Notes: generated by a model not told the origin, from the sequence alone. A stretch of DNA of 64,000 nt from Candidatus Bathyarchaeum tardum (GCA_024650005.2 CP122380.1:1568001-1632000); one strand, 5' to 3'; counted from the first letter of the stretch, positions 29,656 to 39,783 are shown. A program made the numbers and translations.

Positions 29656-30999
29656 TTAAACATGTTTTTTCAGGTATTCTTTTGCTTCACTGACACTTTG
29701 GAAGCCATATTTGATTTCGTTAAAATTCTGTCGTAACTTGATAACGTCTTTTCTTACGTCTTCATGAGTTCTTTTGCCTTTCACTACATCCAATATCAAA
29801 GAACACAACTGTTCAACATCTTCTGGTTTGAAACCTCGACGACTTACATCTTGAAAACCGATTCTCAGACCGGAAGGGTCACCTCGATCGTGCTGGTTAT
29901 CATAGGGCAAAAGGTTCTTATTCAAAATGATGTGAGCATCTTCAAGAGCAAAAGCAAGTTTTTGTCCTCCACCGTACTCACGAACATCAACAACAATCTG
30001 ATGAGAACGAGTGAATCCGTTTTTTTGCCCTAAGACTTTAACACCATTTTCAAACATGCACTTACCTGCAGTTTGAGCGTTTCTAATCGTTTGTTTTGCT
30101 AAGTCTTTACCGTATAGTTTCATTTCCAAAGCTGCTAAACCTAAAGCAGGCAACCGCCCAAGATGAGTACTAGAAGCGCTCAACGGAAAAACGGCATACT
30201 GGACTTTTTTAATGGCTTTTTTCATACGGTCATCTTCACAATTAGCAAGAATAACTCCACCTTGGGGTCCTGGAAAAGTTTTATGAGTAGATGCAGTTAT
30301 GAAATCCACACCTTCTTTGAAGGGGTTTTGGAATTCTCCTCCTGCAATTAATCCCAAAACATGAGCAGCGTCGTATGCAACGTAAGCTCCATTGTCTTTG
30401 GCAACTTTAGCTAATTCCTTTACGGGATGAGGAAAGGGAAAAACACTACCACCAAAGGTTACGATTCCAGGTCGGGCGGAATCAATTATTGTTGAAGATT
30501 TTTCTACATCAATATTTAGTTCGTCTATATCGTAAGCATGATTAATGGTTTCGAGACCCAAAACACTACCAGCCAGACCAGAATAGTCATGAGTAATATG
30601 TGCCCCAGCACTAAGAGGTAAAACAACCATACGGTCGTTTTTTGTTGCCATAGATAAGCCTTTGAAAGTTGCAAGATTTGCGTGGGTGCCTGAAACAAGT
30701 CGTACATCTGCCCAATTGCAGCCAAACAGGTTTTTCATCAAATCTGTTGCATAGTCTTCGATTTTTGTCATGAATTTTTGACCTTGATAGTGCCGTGCCT
30801 TAACATGACCTTTAAGATCATTTTCACCTTCAGCGTATCGGGAATCCAAATCTTTGGACATATGCATAATTTCATTAACTGCAGGAGATTTGATTCCTTC
30901 ACTGGCAATTAGGTTCATGCACTCTTTTCCACGATAACGTTCATGGTTTTCGTTAGATTCAACTAAACCAAGAGCCAACTTTAAGAATTCAGCTTCCAT
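29656..30999 (-). CDS. glyA: Serine hydroxymethyltransferase (archaeal type)
   Basis: NLIASE, RYAEG, SGTHAN, GAHITH, YDAAH, STHKTFPGPQGG; GGAGG before MEAEF. Confidence 0.95.
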   Translation of the reverse strand: MEAEFLKLALGLVESNENHERYRGKECMNLIASEGIKSPAVNEIMHMSKDLDSRYAEGENDLKGHVKARHYQGQKFMTKIEDYATDLMKNLFGCNWADVRLVSGTHANLATFKGLSMATKNDRMVVLPLSAGAHITHDYSGLAGSVLGLETINHAYDIDELNIDVEKSSTIIDSARPGIVTFGGSVFPFPHPVKELAKVAKDNGAYVAYDAAHVLGLIAGGEFQNPFKEGVDFITASTHKTFPGPQGGVILANCEDDRMKKAIKKVQYAVFPLSASSTHLGRLPALGLAALEMKLYGKDLAKQTIRNAQTAGKCMFENGVKVLGQKNGFTRSHQIVVDVREYGGGQKLAFALEDAHIILNKNLLPYDNQHDRGDPSGLRIGFQDVSRRGFKPEDVEQLCSLILDVVKGKRTHEDVRKDVIKLRQNFNEIKYGFQSVSEAKEYLKKHV

Positions 31000-31218
31000 C
31001 GCCCACTTTCCTCCCAAACAATTCATTAGGGCATTTTGTTGCTTTCTGAGCATTACCTCACTTATTTACATTTCTTCCATCGAGGAACTTTAACACTTGT
31101 CGATAATTTCCACAAGATTTATTGATGTTCCAAAAAGAAATCGATTTTAGTGCAAATCAATATTTTGATTTCATAAAACTTTTCTTTATTTTCAATACCG
31201 ATTAACACCGTGGAACCT

Positions 31219-31377
31219 ATGAGCAAACGCAAACTTCATTACGGAGTACGCCTAACCGCAGACCAACTGAGATACCTGAAAACCGTAGGTAAACCATCCG
31301 AATGGATACGACAAGCAGTAGACGAAAAAAGAAAACGAGAAGAATTCACCCGTAACAGAAGTAAGATTCAAAAATAG
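31219..31377 (+). CDS. Small ribbon-helix-helix (CopG/Arc-like) protein, 52 aa (not in ORF track)
   Basis: MSKRKLHYGVRLTADQLRYLKTVGKPSEWIRQAVDEKRKREEFTRNRSKIQK: strand VRL, helix, SEWIRQAV helix. Confidence 0.7.
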   Translation: MSKRKLHYGVRLTADQLRYLKTVGKPSEWIRQAVDEKRKREEFTRNRSKIQK

Positions 31378-31560
31378 ACATATTTTCTAACGTTACGGGA
31401 CAGTAGATAAATCAAAACCATTCACCATTTTCAATATAAATGTTGGAAATAGTTTGAGAAAATGCATCATAAAATACAACCAAAATCTAGGCGAATATAT
31501 GAAAAAACAACATAAAAATACTTAAAAGATGCTTTCTGAAAAAAACCAATCATAAAAAAG

Positions 31561-31598
31561 TGTCGGATTCATTGAGGTGTTGTTTATTAATTCCGACA
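31561..31598. promoter_or_regulatory. Inverted repeat TGTCGGA-N24-TCCGACA next to fae-hps TATA
   Basis: Perfect 7-bp arms directly upstream of TTTTTATA (31601-31608). Confidence 0.45.
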
Positions 31599-31644
31599 TA
31601 TTTTTATAGTTGATTAATGAAACCATCTCACTGAGAGTGATATT

Positions 31645-33093
31645 GTGTCGGGTTATGACGGTAAAAAACCAGAAACACAAGAAGAATTTATCAAATTACT
31701 TGCAGAAGCTAAAAAAGAAGAAAGAAAAAACAGAAGAAAAAGTGGAAGTAGATCCACAAAACCGACAATTAAAGGTACAGCAGATATAATGGGCATTCAC
31801 CGTGATACTCTGTATCAATGGATGCGAGAATTTGATGTTGATTTTTCAGACGTAAATGAACGAGAGCTTCTTTTTGACAAAATAACGACAAACACTGAAC
31901 CAGCATACCTAATTGGTGAAGCGCTAATGGGCGAAGGGACAGAAATTGCCCATGTTGATTTGCTGATTGGGGATAAAACTGGACCAGTTGGAACCGCTTT
32001 TGCAAACGGTTTGTCGAATTTGTCTGCAGGTCACACGCCTCTGTTAGCAGTTATTCGACCTAATCTTCCACCTAAACCCCACACTCTTCTTGTTCCCAAA
32101 GTTACCGTAAAAAACATGACTGACGCAGGAAAAATTTTTGGCCCAGCACAAGCAGCAGTGGCAAAAGCTGTTGCAGATTCAGTGGAAGAAGGGGTAATTC
32201 CTGAAGATAAAGTAGATGAATGGGTTATAGTTTGTAGTGTGTTTATTCACCCTCAAGCTAAAGATTTTCGCAGCATTTATCATTACAATTATAGTGCCAC
32301 AAAACTGGCCATACAAAGAGCAATGGACAACTATCCGTCACTGGAAAAAGTAATGTATGACAAAGACAGAGCAAAACACCCAATAATGGGATTCAATGTG
32401 CCAAGATTATGGAGACCACCCTACCTGCAAATAGCACTTGATGTTGCCAGCACCGAAAGAGCAAAACAAATCATAAGCCAATTACCTGAAAGCGACAGAA
32501 TCATCCTAGAAGTAGGAACACCTCTGCTCAAAAAAGAAGGAATTGGAGTCGTACGTAAATTGAGAGAAGTAGCCAAAGACATGTTCATAGTAGCAGACCT
32601 AAAAACCCTAGACGTTGGGCAGGTTGAAGTTGACATGTCATTTGAAGAAACCGCAGACGCAGTTGTGGTCGCGGGATTAGCAACAACAGAAACAATCGAC
32701 AAGTTCATCGCAGAAGCAAAACGGTTAGGCATCTATGCAATAATGGACCTAATGAACGTAACAAACCCAATCGAAAAACTTCAATCCCTCAAACGATTAC
32801 CTGATGTTGCAATTCTACACCGAGCAATAGATGCAGAAAAAACAGGCAAAACAAGGTGGGACATTATCAAAGAAATGCGTGAAACATTCAAAGGCAAAAA
32901 ATTCTTGGTAGCAGTTGCCGGCGGAATAACTCCAGAAACAGCGCCAGAAGCACTAGCAAACGGTGCAGACATCATAATAGTTGGAAGATACATTACCCAA
33001 TCCAAAGATGTAGAAAGAGCAACAAGAGAATTCTTGAAGAGCACAAAAGAAATGACCCACGACATAGACCTCTTCAGAGTTCATGTAGAATAA
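31645..33093 (+). CDS. fae-hps: Bifunctional formaldehyde-activating enzyme / 3-hexulose-6-phosphate synthase with extra N-terminal HTH
   Basis: GEAL.G...[28 protein letters not shown] (Fae); LQIALD, EVGTPL, DLKTLD, VAGG, VGRYIT (Hps). Confidence 0.92.
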   Translation: MSGYDGKKPETQEEFIKLLAEAKKEERKNRRKSGSRSTKPTIKGTADIMGIHRDTLYQWMREFDVDFSDVNERELLFDKITTNTEPAYLIGEALMGEGTEIAHVDLLIGDKTGPVGTAFANGLSNLSAGHTPLLAVIRPNLPPKPHTLLVPKVTVKNMTDAGKIFGPAQAAVAKAVADSVEEGVIPEDKVDEWVIVCSVFIHPQAKDFRSIYHYNYSATKLAIQRAMDNYPSLEKVMYDKDRAKHPIMGFNVPRLWRPPYLQIALDVASTERAKQIISQLPESDRIILEVGTPLLKKEGIGVVRKLREVAKDMFIVADLKTLDVGQVEVDMSFEETADAVVVAGLATTETIDKFIAEAKRLGIYAIMDLMNVTNPIEKLQSLKRLPDVAILHRAIDAEKTGKTRWDIIKEMRETFKGKKFLVAVAGGITPETAPEALANGADIIIVGRYITQSKDVERATREFLKSTKEMTHDIDLFRVHVE

Positions 33094-33098
33094 AAACA

Positions 33099-33123
33099 AA
33101 AAAGGGAATGAAAATCCCTTTTT
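33099..33123. terminator. Bidirectional hairpin/T-tract between convergent fae-hps and ridA
   Basis: AAAAAGGGA-N7-TCCCTTTTT. Confidence 0.5.
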
Positions 33124-33135
33124 CTATCTTTTAGT

Positions 33136-33518
33136 TTAAGATTTTTTTGCTATTGCATCAATTTCTACTAATACCTCAGGCATAAGACCGACTTGAACAG
33201 TAGTTCGTGCTGGTGGATTTTGTTCAAAATATCTACTGTAAACTGCATTAAATGACCTAAAATCAGCAAAATCACTCAAGAATACAGAAGTTTTGATGAC
33301 ATCACCCATAGAAAGGTGTACACTTTCGAGGATCAATTTTATGTTCTCAAGAACTTGAATGGTCTGAGTTTCAATTGCACCCTTAACAATCTTAGTAGTT
33401 TTTGGGTCAATTGGAATTTGTCCAGACACAAAAATTAGATTATCACTGAATATAGCCTGAGAGTATGGACCTACAGGTTTAGGAGCAGTTTCTGCTAAAA
33501 TAACTGTTTTTTAGACAA
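33136..33518 (-). pseudogene. ridA: RidA/YjgF family protein with a frameshift in an A6 run just after the start
   Basis: APKPVGPYSQAI..SGQIP..PPARTTV..VEIDAIA in one frame; TTG start with GAGGA SD is one base out of frame. Confidence 0.75.
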
Positions 33519-33594
33519 AATACGTCAATCCTCATTAGTATGTTAGGGATAAATAGATTTAACTTTTCGATGTAAAAGATATCAAGTGATAGCA

Positions 33595-34011
33595 ATGACG
33601 AAAGTAGAAGTTAGAGCAAATTGGGTACAAAATGTTCAATCTATTGCGAATAACACTAGAGGTCACAGTGTAGTTGTGGATTTACCAAAAGAAAAAGGAG
33701 GCAACAATACAGGACCAACAGCTTTAGAGCTAGCGTTGATTTCGTTAGCCGAATGTGCTGTTACAATATTTGCTGATGTTTGCAAAAAGAGTAATGTTAC
33801 AATTGACCAAATGGAAGTAGTTGCTGAGGCAAATAGAGAATCAAATTCATCAAAGATTTCAGATGTAAAAATCAAGACAACTGTTAAAGCAAAAGAAAGA
33901 AAACAAAAACTTGATGCAATTTGGAGAAGGACAGAAGCCACCTGCCCGGTTATTTCAATATTCCAAGATAATACGCCAATAAAAGTTGAGTTTCAAATAA
34001 TCAATGAATAA
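33595..34011 (+). CDS. OsmC/Ohr-family protein
   Basis: DLP..KGG..TGPTALEL...LAEC ... TCPV two-Cys pattern. Confidence 0.85.
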   Translation: MTKVEVRANWVQNVQSIANNTRGHSVVVDLPKEKGGNNTGPTALELALISLAECAVTIFADVCKKSNVTIDQMEVVAEANRESNSSKISDVKIKTTVKAKERKQKLDAIWRRTEATCPVISIFQDNTPIKVEFQIINE

Positions 34012-34157
34012 ACGAGGAATCACTTTTTTAACAGTTATTTGACAGCATACAATTGTGTAAACTGACGTTTTACCCAAAATAAAGTGTCAGTTTTAAATCC
34101 GAGGGCTAGAAAGGTTTTTAGCTCCAACAAAACCTGTCAAAGACTAAAGGGTTTATC

Positions 34158-35000
34158 ATGAAATTTGTTGATGCGCATATTCATCTTGCAGACAATGCAT
34201 ATTCGCAAAATGTTAACCAAATTATTGATGAAGCAAAACGTGTAGATGTTGTTGCATTGGTTGCTAATTCCACAGATTTGGAAACAAGCATTCGGAGCAT
34301 TAAACTGGCTGAAGAATACCCTAATCAAGTTTATGCTACTGCAGGTATTCATCCCTGGAATACAAAGCAGCTGAAGCCAAACGAATTAAAAGAAACTGTT
34401 GAATTAATTGTAGAAAACAAACAAAAACTGCTTGCAGTTGGGGAAATAGGATTAGACGCCACGTATTCTGGAAAAGGGGAACCCACAAAAATTCAGATGC
34501 AAGTCTTTCAAGAAATGCTGTCGATTGCTGAAAAAATTGAGCTGCCCGTGATAATTCATTCTAGAGGTGCAACCAGTCAAATAGTAAATATGTTGCCATC
34601 ATTCAAAATTGATAAAGTTATTCTTCACTGGTTCAGCCAACCTCACGTTTTGATTTCTACAATTGTTGACCGTGGTTACTACATCACGGAAGGCCCAGCA
34701 ACAATATTTTCAGGGGGCATCAAAACGGTCATCCGAGAAACACCGTTAACCAATCTCATAACGGAAACTGATGGACCAGTTCGTTTCAGAGCAAAGCCAT
34801 TCAATGGTGAATTAACTACTCCGTCATGTATCCCAACAATAGTTGAAGCAATTGCTGAATTAAAAAAAATGAATAAAACTGAAGTTGCAAATCAAATTTA
34901 CGAAAATTTTGTCAATTTTTTTGGCGTTAAAGGCGTAAGGGATAAAAGGCATGATGCGGGGACAATTGATAACATTAAAGAAAGTAAACAAACAAAGTAA
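34158..35000 (+). CDS. tatD: TatD family nuclease
   Basis: DAHIH, GIHP, GEIGLD, IHSR, LHWF, ETDGP. Confidence 0.93.
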   Translation: MKFVDAHIHLADNAYSQNVNQIIDEAKRVDVVALVANSTDLETSIRSIKLAEEYPNQVYATAGIHPWNTKQLKPNELKETVELIVENKQKLLAVGEIGLDATYSGKGEPTKIQMQVFQEMLSIAEKIELPVIIHSRGATSQIVNMLPSFKIDKVILHWFSQPHVLISTIVDRGYYITEGPATIFSGGIKTVIRETPLTNLITETDGPVRFRAKPFNGELTTPSCIPTIVEAIAELKKMNKTEVANQIYENFVNFFGVKGVRDKRHDAGTIDNIKESKQTK

Positions 35001-35016
35001 ATAGCGGGGTGAAAAA

Positions 35017-35241
35017 ATGGGAAAAGTTCGAACCGAACAGGTCAAAAGAATAGCACGAGAATTGTTAGACAAATATCCTAACAAGTTTTCAACAGATTTC
35101 GAAAAGAACAAAAAATTCGTTGATGAATATACAAACATTTCTTCAACTAAAGTCAGAAACAAAGTTGCTGGCTATACAGCCCGATTAGCAAGCACACTTT
35201 ATGGTAATGACGACACAGAAGAAGACACCAACGAAGAATAA
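35017..35241 (+). CDS. rps17e: 30S ribosomal protein eS17
   Basis: MGKVRTEQVKRIA...DFEKNK...VRNKVAGY. Confidence 0.97.
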   Translation: MGKVRTEQVKRIARELLDKYPNKFSTDFEKNKKFVDEYTNISSTKVRNKVAGYTARLASTLYGNDDTEEDTNEE

Positions 35242-35353
35242 AAACTTGAATAGTTGGTGTAACTTTTTTAGTATCCATCTATGTTTTGGAATAATTTTAT
35301 TATCAACTACTTTTCATAATTAAGAATAAAAACAACTAAAACGGGGCAATAAT

Positions 35354-35728
35354 TTGTCAACAATGGACGGGTATCGAAAAGGTTGGGCAACACGCTACCT
35401 AAGAGAGGCAAAAGCAGAACTAATAGCAGCAGAAAATACGCCATACATGGCTGCAGGTTTTATTATTGAAGCCCTTTCTAAAGCTCAAGCCTCGATATAC
35501 TACAGTTTAGGAGACCCAACATTTATTGTCCCAATAATTCAGGAAACAATCACCAGCAGACAAAAAATTAATGAACCAATACTGAATTTTCTTATTGAAA
35601 TCGAAAAAGTAATTCAACAGATAGCACAAAATTCATCACCGGACAATGAAAAAATGATGGAACAAGCAAAAGACATTATTGAATTCACGTCCGAAATAGT
35701 TGAGCTCTTTGGTGGAGAAAGCTCATAA
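35354..35728 (+). CDS. All-helical hypothetical protein, weakly HEPN-like
   Basis: WATRYLREAKAELIAA helix, C-terminal AKDIIEF; no Rx4-6H motif. Confidence 0.5.
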   Translation: MSTMDGYRKGWATRYLREAKAELIAAENTPYMAAGFIIEALSKAQASIYYSLGDPTFIVPIIQETITSRQKINEPILNFLIEIEKVIQQIAQNSSPDNEKMMEQAKDIIEFTSEIVELFGGESS

Positions 35729-35744
35729 CAAAAGAGAGATCAAA

Positions 35745-36038
35745 ATGCCAATTGATGTAGAAGTAAAATTTTTGGGAATATATCAACGGCTTGCGGGGAA
35801 AAAAAGTGTACAACTAAAGTTGGATACTCCGACAACCATTAGAAAAGCAATGAAACAGCTCGCGGAAATTTTTTCTGAAGACTTTAAACGAGCACTAATT
35901 GATGATCAATTGGATGACCCTAAACCAAATGCTTTGATTATAGTTAATGGAAAAGAGATTAATGTATTACAAGGACTTGAAACAGAGATTAATCACGCTG
36001 AAGAAATTATCCTAATTCCCATGGTTCATGGTGGATAA
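35745..36038 (+). CDS. Ubiquitin-like SAMP/MoaD/Urm1-family protein
   Basis: VEVKFLG, IIVNG, C-terminal PMVHGG. Confidence 0.88.
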   Translation: MPIDVEVKFLGIYQRLAGKKSVQLKLDTPTTIRKAMKQLAEIFSEDFKRALIDDQLDDPKPNALIIVNGKEINVLQGLETEINHAEEIILIPMVHGG

Positions 36039-36133
36039 AAGACCCGCCATTACCTGTTGCCAGAACCATCATTCTACAAAGACATGTTTTGCTTACGAAA
36101 AGAGTTTTTCAAAAAAAATCAGTGCCAAAGCTT

Positions 36134-36631
36134 CTATTGCTCATCAGAGGCAAGGAGCTTTGCCATAACGTAGGCATCTTCTCCATCTGCGTAGTAGTTT
36201 CTTATTGTTCGTGATACTTGAAATCCTAATTTTTTGTAAAGGTTTATTGCAGCTAGGTTACTTTCTCGTACTTCTAAGTAGAATTCTTTTGCGTTGTAAT
36301 TACTCATTGCATGACTTGCGTCCCGCATAAGAGAGAAACCAATTCCTTTTCTATGATGACCAGGCAACACAGCAATAGATATGACATGTCCTTTCCGTGT
36401 GATTCCTAGAACTTTAAAACTTGGAATTCCAGTTTCAACACGACACATAATGTAACCAACAAGGTCCCCATTGATTTCGGCAACAATGAAAGTTGCAGGG
36501 AACCGTTTGTACAAATTAATGAAAAACAAGTTAGAGTAGTTTTCGGGAAGGCATTCACGATTTATTCGCATTACAGCATTCAAATCTGAAGGCTTAAACG
36601 GTCTAAGTTTATAGTTGATTTCTAAAACCAC
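36134..36631 (-). CDS. Ard1/RimI-type N-terminal acetyltransferase
   Basis: LPENY, GHVISIAV, RKGIG, LEVRESN..AINLY, YYADGEDA; start moved to GTG after AGGTG. Confidence 0.92.
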   Translation of the reverse strand: MVLEINYKLRPFKPSDLNAVMRINRECLPENYSNLFFINLYKRFPATFIVAEINGDLVGYIMCRVETGIPSFKVLGITRKGHVISIAVLPGHHRKGIGFSLMRDASHAMSNYNAKEFYLEVRESNLAAINLYKKLGFQVSRTIRNYYADGEDAYVMAKLLASDEQ

Positions 36632-36815
36632 ACTAACACACCTTGCTGCTTTTATGTTACATGCATCCAGAGCAAAAGGTGTAAGCGAACAAAAGTAAAT
36701 ATAGTTTTTCATGAAGTAAGACACACTAATTAGGTGAAAAATATCAAAGAACTAAATAAGAAAAGACGCATATATTACCTGGATTGTTTCCTCCATAATT
36801 TCTGTTGGTGATTTC

Positions 36816-37235
36816 ATGGTTGAACCGTTTGTTGCTAACATTAATTTTGGGTTACAAATAATAATTTTAATTATAATAATCAGTAGTCTTGTCCTCAAAA
36901 AAAGGAGCTCATATTTTTCCCACGGAATCACAATGCTGATTGCCATTATTTTAAACGCCATTTCTTTTCTATTTGTGATGGGACCTTCATTATTTGGCTT
37001 GAAACAATTTATTTTCGCTCAACCATCCCATATAATTTCAATATTTTTATTAATCCATGCAAGTGTCGGAACATTGGCTGAAATTGTTGGAGGCTGGCTG
37101 ATTGTTTCTTGGCGGTTGAGGTCAGGGGTAAAATATTGTGCAAAAAACAGGAAAATTATGAAATATGTTTTGATTCTATGGTTAATTTCATTATTTTCAG
37201 GTTTTGTGGTATATTCTCTACTTTATGTAGTATGA
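36816..37235 (+). CDS. Four-helix membrane protein (DUF420-like)
   Basis: Four hydrophobic segments with HG..M and HA..G. Confidence 0.65.
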   Translation: MVEPFVANINFGLQIIILIIIISSLVLKKRSSYFSHGITMLIAIILNAISFLFVMGPSLFGLKQFIFAQPSHIISIFLLIHASVGTLAEIVGGWLIVSWRLRSGVKYCAKNRKIMKYVLILWLISLFSGFVVYSLLYVV

Positions 37236-37267
37236 TCTAATTGGGTTTGAAACCATAAGATATTTAA

Positions 37268-37759
37268 TTGAACTTAACTAAAGACAATAAGGGGGTTTGT
37301 TTTAGCCTGTCAAAAAACAGAGTGTATTTTATGTTAATAATTATTTCAGTCTCGTTTTGCAGTTTTTTTGTTCCATCGGCAGGAGCGATTGTTCCGGAAG
37401 TTCAGAACGTGATTTTTTGGAATGATGGAACTGAAACGATTTTGAACGTGACAATTTACCATACACCTTTAACTTCGCTTCATTATGTAAATCAAGTTGA
37501 AGTAGATATTGAAGGAGCCATAACAAGTTATCCAGTTACACAGACTGACATAACCTTTACAACGTCAATTAATCTAGGAGAAATCGCGGGAACACCCCTA
37601 GCAAGAGTGAGGGCATTTTGCATTCTTGATGGTTGGAGTTCATGGACAAACCAACAAAGCATACCAGAGTTTTCTTCATGGATAATTGTTGTTCTATCAT
37701 TAGCCACTATTTTAGCACTTATTATAGTCAAAAAGAGATGGAGAAATCTGCAACCATAA
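37268..37759 (+). CDS. Secreted PEF-CTERM protein with SOR/desulfoferrodoxin-like motif
   Basis: Signal peptide; HTPLTSLHYV...RAFCILDG; IPEF-TM-KKR. Confidence 0.65.
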   Translation: MNLTKDNKGVCFSLSKNRVYFMLIIISVSFCSFFVPSAGAIVPEVQNVIFWNDGTETILNVTIYHTPLTSLHYVNQVEVDIEGAITSYPVTQTDITFTTSINLGEIAGTPLARVRAFCILDGWSSWTNQQSIPEFSSWIIVVLSLATILALIIVKKRWRNLQP

Positions 37760-37917
37760 AGTTAGTAAACATATTGTAATCTTTAGCCCAAGGCGAGATT
37801 ACTTTCACTGACCTCTCCCCTCTTTGCTACTGTTTGTTAGGACATTCACCTTAAAACTGTTCGAATACAACCTCTACCTCGAATAAAATACATCTAACAA
37901 CTTTAAGGGTGAATAAC

Positions 37918-38871
37918 ATGTCAGAAGATAACGATTTAAAAAATCTCCCAGGTGTCGGGCCTGCTACAGCTACTAAATTAAAATCTGCAGGGTACACAAC
38001 TTCAGAAGCCCTTTCTGTGACCCCACCCAAAGAAATCACAGAAAAAACAGGAATAGGATTTAACACCATTCTAAAAATCGTGCAAGCCGCAAGAGAGCAA
38101 ATAGGAATAGATTTCATCACTGCAGAAGAGTTATGGAAAAAAAGACAAGACATGAAAAGATGCACAACAGGATCCGAAAATCTCAACAATCTCATGGGTG
38201 GCGGAATCGAAACACAAGCAATGACCGAACTAATCGGAGAATACGGAGTAGGAAAAACCCAAATCTGTTTATCCCTGTGCGTTAGAGTTCAACTTCCAGA
38301 AGAACAAAACGGATTAAACGGAAAAGTTGTGTACATAGACACAGAAGGAACATTCATCCCCGAACGAGTCTTCCAAATAGCCGAATCATTAGGTCTAGAC
38401 CCCCACGAAACATTAGACAACATATTTCTTGCACGAGCATACAATAGCAGCCACCAAGAATTACTAACAGAACACCTCTTCAAATTCTGCCCAGAAAACA
38501 ATGTCAAACTAGTTGTTGTCGACTCCATGATTGGACACTTCAGAGGAGAATATGTTGGTCGAGAAAACCTTTCAGAACGCCAACAAAAACTTAACAGTCA
38601 ATTACACAAGCTACTTAGATTGACAGAAGCTTTCAACATTTCAGTAGTAATTACAAATCAAGTTCAAGCAAACCCTACAGCCTTCTTCGGAGATCCCAAC
38701 AAGCCAGCAGGAGGAAACGTCATGGCTCACGCATCAACACACAGAGTTTACCTACGAAAAGGTGGAAAAGGAACACGAATTGCAACAGTAATAGATTCAC
38801 CATATCTACCAGAAGAAAAAGTGCGATTTAAAATCACAGAGAAAGGCGTAGAAGACGCTGTAGAAGATTAA
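37918..38871 (+). CDS. radA: Recombinase RadA
   Basis: N-terminal HhH LPGVG, FITA motif, GEYGVGKTQ, YIDTEGTF, FRGEYVGR, TNQV. Confidence 0.93.
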   Translation: MSEDNDLKNLPGVGPATATKLKSAGYTTSEALSVTPPKEITEKTGIGFNTILKIVQAAREQIGIDFITAEELWKKRQDMKRCTTGSENLNNLMGGGIETQAMTELIGEYGVGKTQICLSLCVRVQLPEEQNGLNGKVVYIDTEGTFIPERVFQIAESLGLDPHETLDNIFLARAYNSSHQELLTEHLFKFCPENNVKLVVVDSMIGHFRGEYVGRENLSERQQKLNSQLHKLLRLTEAFNISVVITNQVQANPTAFFGDPNKPAGGNVMAHASTHRVYLRKGGKGTRIATVIDSPYLPEEKVRFKITEKGVEDAVED

Positions 38872-38931
38872 AAACAGGAGTGATATAACATTAGGAAACA
38901 CCGATAGATGAATCTATTCATTAAAGTCAGG

Positions 38932-39783
38932 TCATTTTATCGTAGTTTCTTTTTTAATTATTTTAGTTAAAGGCGATTTTGCTTTTTTTGACGGTGAGGA
39001 CGTCACAGGTTTTTTTGTGGAATCTTTTTGTGTTGGAGCCGAAAGTTTGTGGATACGAGATTTTGTGTTTCCGGTGATTGCGTCTATTGTCAAAGTGGCT
39101 TCTTTATTCGTCTTTAGGTTTTTGACAACAACATCGTACATAGGTTTGTAGATTAAAGTGCGCTCATTAACATCGAATAATTCATCATGGATGCAGGTTA
39201 TATTTTCAGGGCGGTTAACAATTTTGGATTTTAATAGGTCGATTTCTTTTTGGTTATTTAGTTGACTATTTTCAAATTTTTGGTCAACAGCCCTTAGAAC
39301 GTTTTCGGGTTGTTCTTCAAAGGGTACAAGAGGTAACTCTTCAAGACCAACTTTACTCCAATGGCTATCAAAGACAAGGCGAATTTTTTCATTAATTTTG
39401 TAGCGACCTTCTCCAGTTAACTTTACTATTTTTGTTGCAGAATTAAGATGATCCTTCAAAGAGACGGGTTCAACTTTTCCCCCATATAAAGTTAGGTTCA
39501 ACATAGTTTCATTAACCTGAATGTTGTGTGTCCAGTTTTTTGAGTAATCAATATGGTATTCAGCTTCTGCAACCAAATAAGGTTCATAATATTTTTCAAT
39601 TGAAATAATCTGTACTTCGTGAGGTTTAGGGTTCATGAAAAACATCTTACTAAATAGTCCAGTTTTCATTTTTTCAGCGGTTGCCCTAATTGATTTTGAA
39701 TCAATACGTGATTTGTAAACGATGACCTTGCGTTCAACAATATTCTCGGGAATAGGACCAATATGTACCAATAGAAACGCCAA
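38932..39783 (-). CDS. Hypothetical protein
   Basis: 283-aa ORF; duplicated-looking YYEPY / IYKPMY; IDAITG near C-terminus. Confidence 0.65.
   Translation of the reverse strand: MAFLLVHIGPIPENIVERKVIVYKSRIDSKSIRATAEKMKTGLFSKMFFMNPKPHEVQIISIEKYYEPYLVAEAEYHIDYSKNWTHNIQVNETMLNLTLYGGKVEPVSLKDHLNSATKIVKLTGEGRYKINEKIRLVFDSHWSKVGLEELPLVPFEEQPENVLRAVDQKFENSQLNNQKEIDLLKSKIVNRPENITCIHDELFDVNERTLIYKPMYDVVVKNLKTNKEATLTIDAITGNTKSRIHKLSAPTQKDSTKKPVTSSPSKKAKSPLTKIIKKETTIK

Noticed and set aside
36039-36100. Possible second C/D sRNA on the minus strand (ATGATGG)
   Set aside because: No CTGA D boxes at the right spacing
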